This document shows, piece after piece, positions 38,580 to 52,305 of a stretch of DNA of 64,000 nt. A model generated the notes under the pieces. The model was not told the origin of the DNA, ran no database searches, and worked only from the letters and a program-made list of their open reading frames with translations. Every line of letters begins with the position of its first letter. The first letter of the stretch is position 1. Source of the DNA: an uncultured Gemmatimonadales bacterium (GTDB lineage: Bacteria > Gemmatimonadota > Gemmatimonadetes > Gemmatimonadales > GWC2-71-9); the NCBI GenBank assembly GCA_963798915.1, contig CAWCVB010000006.1:96001-160000 (forward strand), read 5' to 3'. A program made the position numbers and the translations under genes.

Positions 38580-40385
38580 TCAGGCTCCGCTCATCGGCTC
38601 TGGTGTCACATTCGTCGGGTCTGGCTCGCCCGTCCACATGGACGTGACCAGCCTCAGGAGGGCCAGGCCGCTGACAACGAACCAGAACACCCAGAAGAGG
38701 CCGATGGCAGTGCGACCATAGAGCAGGCTGCCAGCGCCAAACAGCGCTGAATAAACGAACAGGCACCCCAGCACCCAGCCGAGCCCGGCATTGGCGAGCG
38801 AGTCGGGCTTGGCACTGACGGCCGCCTCGGCGCGGATTGGCCGCCATCCCGGACCTGAGGGCCGCACCCGCCGATAGAAACCGAGCAACACGGCATGGTC
38901 GGTTGGCCTGGTGACCAGCGCCGTCACGATCCACGCCACGCTGGTAATTCCGACTGTTCCCAGCAGCACCGTGGACGAGTCGATGGCCAGGCCTTGTTTC
39001 TGGAGCAGGAAGAATGTGGTCGCCACGCCGAACGACACCACCATGGCGACGATTTCCGACCAGGCATTGATCCGCCACCAGAACCAGCGCAGGAGGTACA
39101 GCAGTCCGGTCCCTGCCCCGACCGAGAGCAGGAGCTGAAATGCCTCGCTGGCCGTATTGAGCGCGTAGGTGAACAGGGCGGCCAGCAGCATGAGGGTTGC
39201 CGTCACCACGCGCGCCATCATGACGTAATGTCGCTCCCCGGCGTCTTTCCGGACAAAGCGGCGATACAGGTCGTGGATGAGGTACGACGAGCCCCAATTG
39301 AGATGGGTTGAGATCGTGGACACATAGGCGGCGAGAAGCCCTGCGATCATGAGTCCCAGCCAGCCCGTGGGCAGGAACGTGAGCATCGCCGGATAGGCCA
39401 TATCGTGCCCGACCAGGCGCGGATCCAGATTGGGAAATTGCCGGGAGATGTCGCCAAGTGTCGGAAACACGAGGATTGAGGCCAGCGCCACGATGATCCA
39501 GGGCCAGGACCGCAGGGCGTAGTGGGCCACATTGAAGAAAAGCGTGCCCCCCATGGCGTCACGCTCGCTGCGGGCTGCAAGCATTCGCTGCGCGATGTAA
39601 CTCCCGCCGCCCGGTTCGGCCCCCGGATACCATACGGACCACCACTGGACCGTGAGGGGGATGACGAAGACCGAAAGCGCCAGTTTCCAGTCGCTGAAAT
39701 CCGGCAGCAGGTTGAGCGTGGCGGGGTCCAGGCGGGTGACGAGGCCGTTCAGCCCACCCACCTGCGGCTGCTTGAGGGCAAAATAGGCAGCGGCAAACGA
39801 GCCGGTCATGGCAATGCCGAACTGGATGAAATCGGTGACCAGCACGCCCCACAACCCGGATGTCGCGGCAAAGCAGATGTTGATGACCGCACAGACAATC
39901 AGGGTGCGCTCCATGGGCCAGCCAAGCATGATATTGGCGATCTTGACTGCGGCAAGATTCACCGTCGCCATGATGGCGCAGTTGAAGAACAGGCCGAGGT
40001 ACACCGCCCGGAAGCCACGGACGGCGCTGGCTGCCTTGCCGCTGTACCTGAGTTCGTAGAACTCGAGGTCGGTCATCACCCCCGAGCGCCGCCAGAGCCG
40101 GGCGTAGAAAAACACCGTGGCCATGCCGGTCAGGAGAAACGCCCACCACTGCCAGTTGTTGGCGACACCGTGCTCGCGCACGAAGTTCGTGACCAGGTTT
40201 GGTGTGTCGGTGCTGAACGTTGTCGCCACCATCGAGATGCCGATCAGCCACCAGGGCGCTGATCGCCCGGACGTGAAGAACTCGGCCGTGCTGGATCCCG
40301 CGCGCCGGGCCAGGATAATGGCCGGCGCGAATGAGATACTGAGGGACACGACGACGATCAGCCAGTCGAGGGGCGCGAGGTGCAT
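38580..40385 (-). CDS. Sodium:solute symporter (SSS) family protein
   Basis: EFFTSGRSAPWWLIGISMVATTFSTDTP, YIAQRMLAAR, AAYVSTISTHLNWG; many TM helices. Confidence 0.9.
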   Translation of the reverse strand: MHLAPLDWLIVVVSLSISFAPAIILARRAGSSTAEFFTSGRSAPWWLIGISMVATTFSTDTPNLVTNFVREHGVANNWQWWAFLLTGMATVFFYARLWRRSGVMTDLEFYELRYSGKAASAVRGFRAVYLGLFFNCAIMATVNLAAVKIANIMLGWPMERTLIVCAVINICFAATSGLWGVLVTDFIQFGIAMTGSFAAAYFALKQPQVGGLNGLVTRLDPATLNLLPDFSDWKLALSVFVIPLTVQWWSVWYPGAEPGGGSYIAQRMLAARSERDAMGGTLFFNVAHYALRSWPWIIVALASILVFPTLGDISRQFPNLDPRLVGHDMAYPAMLTFLPTGWLGLMIAGLLAAYVSTISTHLNWGSSYLIHDLYRRFVRKDAGERHYVMMARVVTATLMLLAALFTYALNTASEAFQLLLSVGAGTGLLYLLRWFWWRINAWSEIVAMVVSFGVATTFFLLQKQGLAIDSSTVLLGTVGITSVAWIVTALVTRPTDHAVLLGFYRRVRPSGPGWRPIRAEAAVSAKPDSLANAGLGWVLGCLFVYSALFGAGSLLYGRTAIGLFWVFWFVVSGLALLRLVTSMWTGEPDPTNVTPEPMSGA

Positions 40386-40484
40386 GTCCGTTCCGGATGA
40401 TGGCTGGGAGGGGTGCCGGCGGCGCCGGCCTGAAAGCCTGAGTCGAAAGTACGGCCGGCGGCCGGCCCGGCGCCAGTCAGCAGA

Positions 40485-41234
40485 TCAGGCGCTCCAGATG
40501 GACCGCAACGCCGTGGCGAGATACCAGCAGCCAAAAATCAGCGACGCACTCCCGAAGAGCGGCACAGCCCGCCCACTTCGCCAGAAGGCCGGACCACGCG
40601 CGAGTACCGACGCGAGCAACCCCGACATCGCGGCCATCGATGCGGCGGTGCCCCCGGCAAAGAGCAACAGCGCAGCCACCGCCTGGCCCCGGCTGCCCAT
40701 GCTGCTCACCAGGAGCAGTCCGATGATGGCGCTTCCGCCGATGCCATGCACCAGTCCGATGCCGTATGCCGCGACTGGAGTTCGGCCGAGTCGCGAGTGC
40801 CCGTGGCGGTGGTCGGTTGCCACCCGCTCTACCGACTCTCGTGCGTGAGCGTGGAGATGCACGTGCGCCAGACCGTCGTGGCTATGACGATGGCTATGGA
40901 GGGTGCGCTGCCGCCACCGCTGGAGCAATCGCGCCGCCAGCACGATGATCAGGAGTCCCACCAGCGCTTCGGCCCCCTGGCCGATCAGGCGCGGAAGCTG
41001 GAACCCCGTAAGGACCACCGGCAGGCCCAGCAGTGCGACGGTCGTCGCGTGACCCAGTCCCCACCAGCAGCCGATCCAGGCCGCTCGCCGGGCGCCACCC
41101 TCTTCCTCGCTCAGCACGAAGGTCGAGATGGCAGTGAGATGGTCGGGGTCGGCGGCATGACGCAATCCCAGGACGATTGCGGTGAGGAGCGCCATGACGC
41201 TGGGCGCGGGGGCTGCGAGCGGCAGCAGACTCAC
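40485..41234 (-). CDS. Nickel/cobalt transporter-like membrane protein (NiCoT superfamily, UreH/SodT-like)
   Basis: GLRHAADPDH, WGLGH, His-rich loop HSHRHSHDGLAHVHLHAH, GLVHGIGGS; GTG 41234 overlaps upstream stop. Confidence 0.8.
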   Translation of the reverse strand: MSLLPLAAPAPSVMALLTAIVLGLRHAADPDHLTAISTFVLSEEEGGARRAAWIGCWWGLGHATTVALLGLPVVLTGFQLPRLIGQGAEALVGLLIIVLAARLLQRWRQRTLHSHRHSHDGLAHVHLHAHARESVERVATDHRHGHSRLGRTPVAAYGIGLVHGIGGSAIIGLLLVSSMGSRGQAVAALLLFAGGTAASMAAMSGLLASVLARGPAFWRSGRAVPLFGSASLIFGCWYLATALRSIWSA

Positions 41235-42325
41235 TGCCTGCCTGGCTCCGGCCGGCCGCCCTCGTGCCATTCCGGTCGCGCTCCGTCGGCGAGGAGGCGC
41301 ACCGCCTCGGCCGCCGCCTCGATCACGCTCGTCAGGTGCGCGAGATTGACTGTTCCGTACTCGTCCGATGGCCTGTGGTAATCACCGTGCAGGTTGAAGC
41401 TCGAGAGGGTGTGGGCAGGGATGCCCATGCGCGCGAAGGCGATATTGTCGCTCCGCTCAAAGAAATGCTGGTCGGGCCTGGGGTCGGGCACAATGGGCAG
41501 CCCGGCGGCGGCCAGCACGTCGCCCATGGTTGACCGGTCGTAGCCCGTGAGCCACGCTCGTCCAGCTCCTCCGGCCAGCGAGTCCGGCCGGCCAATCATT
41601 TCGATTTCCAGATTGGCCACGGTCTGGTCGAGCGGTCGGACCGGATGGCCAATGTACCAGCGAGTGCCGAGCAGACCCATCTCCTCACCGGTCATGGCGG
41701 CAAAGATGACCGTTCGGCGCGGACGCGACCCGGCGGCCAGAGCCCGGGCGATGCCCAGGACCGCCACGACCCCTGACGCATCGTCATCGGCACCATTGTA
41801 GATGGAGTCCCCATCGACCGGGCGGCCGATGCCCAGATGATCCAGATGGGCGTCCACCAGAATGAATTCGTCCCGCAGGGCAGGGTCGCTGCCCGGCAGG
41901 ACGCCAACGACGTTGTGGCCGATGCGGCGTCGGGCAACCGGCACGGAGTCCAGGCCACTCCAGGCGTCCTGCAGCCGCAGTGCTTCCCTGCCACCGCGGG
42001 CGATGGAGGCGACGAGTGGCACGCGCTGCACGAATCCAGAGTCGCCGGCGGGAGCGAGCCCAAGGTGGCGCATCTCGCGTGCGACCAAGCGGACGGCCAT
42101 CCGCTCCCCAGGCGTGGCCGTGCGGCGGCCCTGCATGGAGTCATCCGCGAGCGCAGACAGGAGTCGAGCGGTCTCGCCCCGGCGGGGCGCACTAGTTGGC
42201 GCCGGCGTCGCCCCCTGATGGGCGCAGGCGGCGAACGCCACCACGGACAGGAGAACAGCGAGGGCCCGCCACGTGAAGCTGGGGGACAGAGAAGGCATCC
42301 GGGCGCTCGCGGCATGGGGCGGCAT
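41231..42325 (-). CDS. M28-family zinc peptidase, probably exported
   Basis: LADDSMQGR, AHLDHLG, NGADDDASG, GEEMGLLG, RSDN, DYHRPSD; N-terminal hydrophobic stretch ending FAAC. Confidence 0.9.
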   Translation of the reverse strand: MPPHAASARMPSLSPSFTWRALAVLLSVVAFAACAHQGATPAPTSAPRRGETARLLSALADDSMQGRRTATPGERMAVRLVAREMRHLGLAPAGDSGFVQRVPLVASIARGGREALRLQDAWSGLDSVPVARRRIGHNVVGVLPGSDPALRDEFILVDAHLDHLGIGRPVDGDSIYNGADDDASGVVAVLGIARALAAGSRPRRTVIFAAMTGEEMGLLGTRWYIGHPVRPLDQTVANLEIEMIGRPDSLAGGAGRAWLTGYDRSTMGDVLAAAGLPIVPDPRPDQHFFERSDNIAFARMGIPAHTLSSFNLHGDYHRPSDEYGTVNLAHLTSVIEAAAEAVRLLADGARPEWHEGGRPEPGRQ

Positions 42326-42374
42326 GGGGGGAAGGTATCGGGCGAGTGGGGCACCCGCCAGCGCCCTGACGCCA

Positions 42375-42411
42375 GAACGCCCGGGCCCTCACGAGGAGGA
42401 TCCGGGCGTTC
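42375..42411 (-). terminator. Hairpin downstream of 5S rRNA (probable rrn terminator)
   Basis: GAACGCCCGGATCCTC / GAGGGCCCGGGCGTTC stem 7 nt after the 5S 3' end; no clear U tract. Confidence 0.55.
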
Positions 42412-42418
42412 AAGGAAT

Positions 42419-42536
<118 letters not shown>

Positions 42537-42630
42537 GTTTTCGAGCTGAGCGCGAGGCGCTCAGCGCTTAGCGCTTGACTAACTGCGGACGGATGGTGAT
42601 CAGGAAGGAATCCAGAACAACAAGTAGAAG

Positions 42631-45601
<2,971 letters not shown>

Positions 45602-45658
45602 CATAGTTCTCATTCGTGGTGTGGATTCCTCACACCTGATCACACATCCATCCGTCAG

Positions 45659-45670
45659 TTGTCAAAGAGC
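45659..45670 (-). promoter_or_regulatory. Spacer boxA antitermination element
   Basis: GCTCTTTGACAA, identical to the leader copy at 47414-47425. Confidence 0.8.
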
Positions 45671-45757
45671 GAGTGAAGTGAGTGAGGGCACGGAGTGCGG
45701 GCGACTCTCGAGACTCTTTCGTGCGACCGGCGAACCGGCCGACTACTCGAGATCTCC

Positions 45758-47285
<1,528 letters not shown>

Positions 47286-47413
47286 AATTCGATACAGCTC
47301 GTTCCGAACGATGACTATATCGTCCGAATCAAAGTCAGAGTATTCAACCCGGTCTGCCAGGCCTCTGCGCCCACCAGACCATAGGGTCCGCACTCCGCAC
47401 TCACTCACTTCAC

Positions 47414-47425
47414 TTGTCAAAGAGC
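47414..47425 (-). promoter_or_regulatory. Leader boxA antitermination element
   Basis: GCTCTTTGACAA, followed by a segment complementary to 45672-45700 (16S processing stem). Confidence 0.8.
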
Positions 47426-47499
47426 AATTACAGACCGGCGCACGTCCCCGACGATGATGTCACCGACATCCCGCCAACGACGTTGGCCGCGAGCCATGA

Positions 47500-47528
47500 A
47501 TTGTAGCCGGCTGATCATGATGAGTCAA
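47500..47528 (-). promoter_or_regulatory. rrn promoter P2 (sigma70)
   Basis: TTGACT-N17-TACAAT. Confidence 0.8.
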
Positions 47529-47595
47529 GGCCATGCAGCTTCCCAACTTCCCGCCCATCCAGCCCCGCCGGCGCCCCGCTCAGGGGTAGCCGAGC

Positions 47596-47624
47596 ATTAT
47601 AGCCAGGTGGAGTCGGTGAGTCAA
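47596..47624 (-). promoter_or_regulatory. rrn promoter P1 (sigma70)
   Basis: TTGACT-N17-TATAAT followed by GC-rich discriminator GCTCGGC. Confidence 0.85.
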
Positions 47625-47859
47625 GCGAACCCGCAACGCTGGCCCAGCGGACACCGCCGCCGCGCATGCCCCGATGGAAAACTCCTCCCCACCCTGCGCA
47701 ACTCCGCCCCCGCCAGTGACCTACCCCACAGGCCACCACCCGCCGGCCCCCTATCTTGGAAGAGGTCGGCCGACCCGAACAAGGGCCCTTGCCGGCCCAG
47801 CTTCGCCTGTCGCTCCTTCACTGGCAGGCCCCAACCAGTCCCCTACCCGGAGGCCACCG

Positions 47860-48336
47860 ATGAAAACCGGCACCACCAGCGAGACCGAACACTCGGTCGA
47901 CGTCCTGAACCAGCTCCTCGAGACGGCACGCGACGGGGAAAAAGGATTCAACGAGGCCGCCGAGGGTACCAACGATCCGGACCTTCGTGCCACCCTCCAG
48001 GGCTTCGCCGCTCAGCGCGCCGCGTTTGTCACTGAACTGACCCAGCTGATTCAGTCCCTCGGCGGCGACCCGAACGACTCGGGCCATGTGGCGGGCGCCA
48101 TCCACCGCGGCTGGATGAACCTCAAGGAGGCCCTGTCGGCCCATGACGACAAGGCCATCCTGGAAGAGTGCGAGCGCGGCGAAGACCATGCGAAAAAGGC
48201 TTTTACCGAAGCCTTGAATGAACCGTTGCCCGAGCAGGTCCGCACGGTCGTCCAGCGCATGAGTTCGGAAGTGAAGATGGCGCATGATCGCGTGCGCGGT
48301 CTCAGGGACCGGGCCCGCACCGCCAGCAAGAACTGA
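47860..48336 (+). CDS. PA2169/DUF2383-family ferritin-like four-helix-bundle protein
   Basis: LNQLLETARDGEKGF, GAIHRGWMNLK, ILEECERGED; GGAGG SD before ATG 47860. Confidence 0.88.
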   Translation: MKTGTTSETEHSVDVLNQLLETARDGEKGFNEAAEGTNDPDLRATLQGFAAQRAAFVTELTQLIQSLGGDPNDSGHVAGAIHRGWMNLKEALSAHDDKAILEECERGEDHAKKAFTEALNEPLPEQVRTVVQRMSSEVKMAHDRVRGLRDRARTASKN

Positions 48337-48380
48337 CGGTCGTCAAGCTCTCCCGGCGAGGCTGTCCATCCGCCGACCCC

Positions 48381-48767
48381 TCAGTCGTCCGGCGGCGGGA
48401 CTGGCCGCGCCAGGAGCCGCTCGGCAAAGTCCAGCCGCTCGCTCAGGTCACCGACTTCGAGCCGCAGCGTCTCCAGCTCGTCCAGGACGGCATCGAAGTC
48501 CCGGCGATCCCCCAGATCGGCTGACGCGGGGTCCCAGTCGGTGATGAAGCGGCCATTGCCGTCCCGGAAACCACCGGCCGCCAGAATGATGAGGTCAAAC
48601 AGCCACCAGATGCCCAGGCCACCCAGCGTCACCAGCATGAGAATCCCGCTGGCGGTGCGACCGGCGTAGAATCGGTGCGCCCCGAACGGCCCGAGAAGGA
48701 CGGCCAGTGCCAGGGCAACGGTGCGGGACTTCTCGGAAGGGCCGCGAGGACGGTCTGGCAGTGTCAC
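48381..48767 (-). CDS. TM2-domain membrane protein with C-terminal coiled coil
   Basis: KSRTVALALAVLLGPFGAHRFYAG, TLGGLGIWWLFDLI, DGNGR; tail LSERLDFAERLL. Confidence 0.88.
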   Translation of the reverse strand: MTLPDRPRGPSEKSRTVALALAVLLGPFGAHRFYAGRTASGILMLVTLGGLGIWWLFDLIILAAGGFRDGNGRFITDWDPASADLGDRRDFDAVLDELETLRLEVGDLSERLDFAERLLARPVPPPDD

Positions 48768-48786
48768 GTTTTCCTCCGCTGCTGGA

Positions 48787-48860
48787 TGCGCCCGGGTGGA
48801 TTCGAACCACCGGCCAACAGCTTAGAAGGCTGCTGCTCTATCCAGCTGAGCTACGGGCGC
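48787..48860 (-). tRNA. tRNA-Arg (anticodon UCU)
   Basis: GCGCCCGTAGCTCAGCTGGATAGAGCA-GCAGC-CTTCTAA-GCTGT...GGTTCGAATCC-ACCCGGGCGCA; CCA not encoded directly. Confidence 0.96.
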
Positions 48861-49005
48861 AAGGTCAGATTTTCGACGGTGGCACACGGGTCCGGCGTAT
48901 CGTGTCCCACAAGATACGACTCGCTGCCGGCCTGTGGCAGGGCGCCGATGGCGGTATCCCTGGTTCGGCCGGAGCATTTCCCGCATTCCGCGAGGCATCG
49001 TCCAG

Positions 49006-49803
49006 ATGAAAACAGCCGCCGTCCTGAGCATCGCCATGCTCGCCGCAGCCTGCGGTGGAAATCCGCCGGTCTCCGAAGGCCTGCCAGGCGGGCGCATGAT
49101 GCCCGCGCCTGCGGATGGGAGAGCGCTGCTGCAGCGCATGCATGATGCCTATCAGGGCCGCTGGTACCATTCCCTGACATTCACCCAGACAACGTCATTT
49201 GCCGACGGCCGCAAGGAGACCTGGTACGAGGCCCTGGAGCTGCCTGGCAAGTTGCGGATCGACGTGGCGCCGCTCGACAGCGCGCAGATGAGCCTGTTCC
49301 GCAACGACAGCATCTACGTCTTCGCCCACGATTCCCTGGTCCGCTCCGGCCCCTTTGTGCACCCGCTCATGGTGCTCGGCTTCGATGTGTATGCCACTGA
49401 TCCGGGGGAAACCGCTGCCAGGCTCGAGGCGTTGGGTCTCGACCTGTCCAGTCTCCATGGCGAGACCTGGCAGGGACGGCCCACCTGGGTCGTCGGCGCC
49501 GCCGCCGGCGATACGACCGCATCGCAGTTCTGGGTTGACGCCGAGCGACTGGTCTTCGTACGGCTGCTGGAGCGGCGGCCGCCGCCGCCCAATGCCCCAA
49601 AGGCCCCGGCCCGACGCGTCGAGACGCAGTTCAACGACTATCAACGGCTGGGTGGCGGTTGGGTTTCACCGCAGGTGGTGTTCCTGGTCGATGGGCAGGA
49701 ACGCCTGCGCGAGGAATATCACGACATGAAGGCGGATGTACCGTTACCGGCACAGCTCTTTGCACCGGACCAATACCGGAAACCGGCGTGGGTAGAGCAA
49801 TAG
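49006..49803 (+). CDS. Lipoprotein with probable LolA-like fold
   Basis: MKTAAVLSIAMLAAAC-GG lipobox; beta-rich GKLRIDVAP, FWVDAERLVFVRL, FNDY, LPAQLF. Confidence 0.7.
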   Translation: MKTAAVLSIAMLAAACGGNPPVSEGLPGGRMMPAPADGRALLQRMHDAYQGRWYHSLTFTQTTSFADGRKETWYEALELPGKLRIDVAPLDSAQMSLFRNDSIYVFAHDSLVRSGPFVHPLMVLGFDVYATDPGETAARLEALGLDLSSLHGETWQGRPTWVVGAAAGDTTASQFWVDAERLVFVRLLERRPPPPNAPKAPARRVETQFNDYQRLGGGWVSPQVVFLVDGQERLREEYHDMKADVPLPAQLFAPDQYRKPAWVEQ

Positions 49804-49805
49804 AG

Positions 49806-49915
49806 GGGAAGACGGGAAGGCGGGAAGACGGGAAGGCGGGAAGATGGGAAGGCGGGAAGACGGGAAGACGGGAAGAGCTGGAGGATGAGCACTCCGCCCT
49901 CCCGACTTCCCGCCC
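49806..49915. repeat. Nine tandem octamers GGGAAG(A/G)(C/T/G) plus short degenerate inverted copies
   Basis: 49806-49877 gggaagac/gggaaggc x9; 49892-49915 ctccgccctcccgacttcccgccc is partly complementary. Confidence 0.9.
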
Positions 49916-49916
49916 A

Positions 49917-49990
49917 TCGGGGCGCCGGGATTCGAACCCGGGACCTCCTGCTCCCAAAGCAGGCGCGCTACCGGACTGCGCCACACCCCG
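49917..49990 (-). tRNA. tRNA-Pro (anticodon UGG)
   Basis: CGGGGTGTGGCGCAGTCCGGTAGCGCG-CCTGC-TTTGGGA-GCAGG-AGGTC-CCGGGTTCGAATCCCGG-CGCCCCGA. Confidence 0.96.
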
Positions 49991-50079
49991 TACTGGCAAA
50001 GCCGCCCCACAATAATCGGCTGACCCGTCAGGCCGCCAGTTGCGGCTGCCGTGCTGTCTGGCAGGGAGGCCGTCGGGCC

Positions 50080-50697
50080 TCATGGTCGTTGCGCGAGCTC
50101 GGCCGCCAGCAGACGGAAGGCCCGGCCGCGATGACTTACCCGGTTCTTGGCATCTGGCTCCGCCTCACCGAAGGTGATGCCAAGGTCATCACTCAGGAAA
50201 AGTGGGTCATAGCCGAATCCCCCCTCGCCACGCGGCGCGGCAAGGATGGTACCATCGCACGTCCCCTCGAAGACGTGGGGTGTCTGGTCGGTCGGCAGAA
50301 TCAGGGCGAGTACGCAGCGGTACCGGGCTCGGCGACGACGTTCCGGCGCTCCGGCCAACCGGCGCAGGAGCTCCGTGTTGTTGGCGGCATCAATCTGGCG
50401 GGCGGTACCGGTGGCGCCTGCCCATCGACGGGACCGCACGCCCGGCGCACCGCCAAGAGAGATCACCTCCAAACCTGAATCGTCGGCGACGGCCGGCAAG
50501 CCCGTGCGGCGGGCAAAGTATTCGGCCTTGAGCCGAGCATTGCCCTCGAAAGTGTCGGCACGCTCCACGACGGCTTCGGCGGCCGACCACGGCACCCCGG
50601 CCTGGTCGGGAGAAACGACCTCGATCCCGAAAGGGGCGAGGATCGTCCGGGCTTCGGCGAGCTTGCCAGCGTTTCGGGTGCCGACCAGCAGCCTCAC
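50080..50697 (-). CDS. rdgB: Non-canonical purine NTP pyrophosphatase (RdgB/HAM1)
   Basis: TRNAGKLAE, TFEGNARLKA, ADDSGLEV, GFGYDPLF, KNRVSHRGRA; coupled to rph. Confidence 0.95.
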   Translation of the reverse strand: MRLLVGTRNAGKLAEARTILAPFGIEVVSPDQAGVPWSAAEAVVERADTFEGNARLKAEYFARRTGLPAVADDSGLEVISLGGAPGVRSRRWAGATGTARQIDAANNTELLRRLAGAPERRRRARYRCVLALILPTDQTPHVFEGTCDGTILAAPRGEGGFGYDPLFLSDDLGITFGEAEPDAKNRVSHRGRAFRLLAAELAQRP

Positions 50698-51404
50698 GAG
50701 CCCAGCGCCGAGCGCTGGGCCTCGAATAGCTGGCGGATGCCGGCCCCGCCCATTTCCAGAAGGGTGTCGAGTTCGCTTCGGGAGAAGGTGGCGTTTTCTC
50801 CGGTTCCCTGCACTTCCACAAACTGATCCGGCTCGAGCATGACAATGTTGGCGTCAACGTCAGCGTCCTTGTCCTCGAGGTACATGAGATCCAGCCGGGC
50901 TTCTCCTTCGACAACGCCAACGCTGACGGCGGCCACAAGCTGCCCAAAGGGCGTCGGGCGCTCAGTGTGCTCTGCCAGCCAACGACAGGCGTCGGCCAGC
51001 GCCACGCAGCCCCCCGTGATCGACGCTGTGCGGGTCCCGCCGTCGGCCTGAAGCACGTCACAGTCGATGCGAATGGTGTATTCGCCAAACTCCATGGTGG
51101 CCATGGCCGCACGCAGGGAGCGTCCGATGAGGCGCTGAATTTCCTGGGTGCGACCACCGGGCCCGTGCCGCTCGCGCGACGTGCGTTCCGACGTTGCGCG
51201 CGGCAGCATCGCATACTCCGCTGTCACCCATCCCAGGCCGCTGCCCTTGCGGAACGGTGGCACGCCCGGCTCGACGCTCGCGGTGCAGTGCACCAGCGTC
51301 CCACCCATCCGGATCAGGCAGCTGCCCTCGGCATACGGGTTGGCGGCGCGCTCGAGGACGAGCGGGCGCAGCTGGTTGGCGGCGCGCTGGTCTGGTCGTG
51401 TCAT
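50694..51404 (-). CDS. rph: Ribonuclease PH
   Basis: GWVTAEYAMLPRAT, GRTQEIQRLIGRSLR, DCDVLQADGGTRTASITG, EVQGTGE. Confidence 0.97.
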   Translation of the reverse strand: MTRPDQRAANQLRPLVLERAANPYAEGSCLIRMGGTLVHCTASVEPGVPPFRKGSGLGWVTAEYAMLPRATSERTSRERHGPGGRTQEIQRLIGRSLRAAMATMEFGEYTIRIDCDVLQADGGTRTASITGGCVALADACRWLAEHTERPTPFGQLVAAVSVGVVEGEARLDLMYLEDKDADVDANIVMLEPDQFVEVQGTGENATFSRSELDTLLEMGGAGIRQLFEAQRSALGS

Positions 51405-51433
51405 GGCATCAGCCTGCCGAAATTCTCCGCCGG

Positions 51434-51796
51434 TCAGAGTCCTGCTTCAGCCCGGGGATGAAGGTGAAAGGTGGGCGTAATGAGGGGAAGGTGCAGCGTT
51501 TCCGAGTAGGAAGTCTCGATGACGATGCGGGCCGGACGTCCGCTCCGGGTCACATGAACGTTTTCTGCCTCTTCTGGCAGCCCGAGTTCGTCGACTCGTT
51601 CGACGATCCGGCGCAGGATGACGGCGTCCGACAGGCTGGGCGCTAGGCGCGCCTGGGAATGCATCTCGTCCAGCAGCTGATAGTAGCGAATATAGACTTC
51701 GCCGACATTCACCCCATAGTAGAGTGCCGCCACGAACAGGGCCAGCGAAAGCAGGCAGCCGAGATTGCTTGCACCCCGGCGCGATCGGGTCACCAC
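51434..51796 (-). CDS. Membrane-anchored hypothetical protein (DUF4845-like)
   Basis: RRGASNLGCLLSLALFVAALYYG N-terminal TM segment; overlaps lptE stop. Confidence 0.65.
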   Translation of the reverse strand: MVTRSRRGASNLGCLLSLALFVAALYYGVNVGEVYIRYYQLLDEMHSQARLAPSLSDAVILRRIVERVDELGLPEEAENVHVTRSGRPARIVIETSYSETLHLPLITPTFHLHPRAEAGL

Positions 51797-52305
51797 TGCG
51801 ACTGGGCTCCCTCAACGATATTGACCTTGAGCTTTTCCAGCGCTTCGTCTCGCGCCGACTGCTCCGTTTCCCGCCCCGGCTCGTAATCGCCTTCCACCAG
51901 CAGGCCGGACCGCTGCCAGAGCGTCCGATTCCGCTTCTGGTCCACGATCTCCACGCTGACCGTGAGCTGCACCAGCCGGCGCGTCACGTTGACCGAGTTC
52001 CCAGCGTCGTTCCCGGTATAGGCAACCGGCACGTCGGGCTCGTAGCGCTGAATTGAGCCTCGCACCACGGCATCAGCCTGATCCTCGCCGGCAGCCCGCA
52101 AACCAAGCCGGCCCTCGACGGCATCACGCACCGCCGCATTGACCTCCTGCGTCAGCGTGGGCTCCGGGGTGCGGTTATCGAACGGCAGCACAGCCACGGT
52201 ATGAATCTCCGGTGGAAATCCACCGCCCGCGAAGCCATAGCAGCCCGCGATCAGCGGGGCGCTAAGGCTCAGGAGCAGACCAGAGATCAGTCGGAAACGA
52301 GTCAG
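51790..52305 (-). CDS. lptE: LptE-like lipoprotein, probable CTG start
   Basis: Frame extends upstream of the listed ORF: (L)TRFRLISGLLLSLSAPLIAG-C-YGFAGGGFPPEIHTVAVLPFDNRT; ADAVVRGSI, LW, C-terminal Trp. Confidence 0.75.
   Translation of the reverse strand: MTRFRLISGLLLSLSAPLIAGCYGFAGGGFPPEIHTVAVLPFDNRTPEPTLTQEVNAAVRDAVEGRLGLRAAGEDQADAVVRGSIQRYEPDVPVAYTGNDAGNSVNVTRRLVQLTVSVEIVDQKRNRTLWQRSGLLVEGDYEPGRETEQSARDEALEKLKVNIVEGAQSQW

Noticed and set aside
49806..49877. Repeat array as CRISPR or as a coding region
   Set aside because: The 8-nt tandem units have no spacers and no cas genes are nearby; overlapping ORFs are low-complexity translations.
48787..49990. Gene flanked by two tRNAs as a genomic island
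   Set aside because: No integrase, no duplicated tRNA 3' end (att site) and no evident composition shift.
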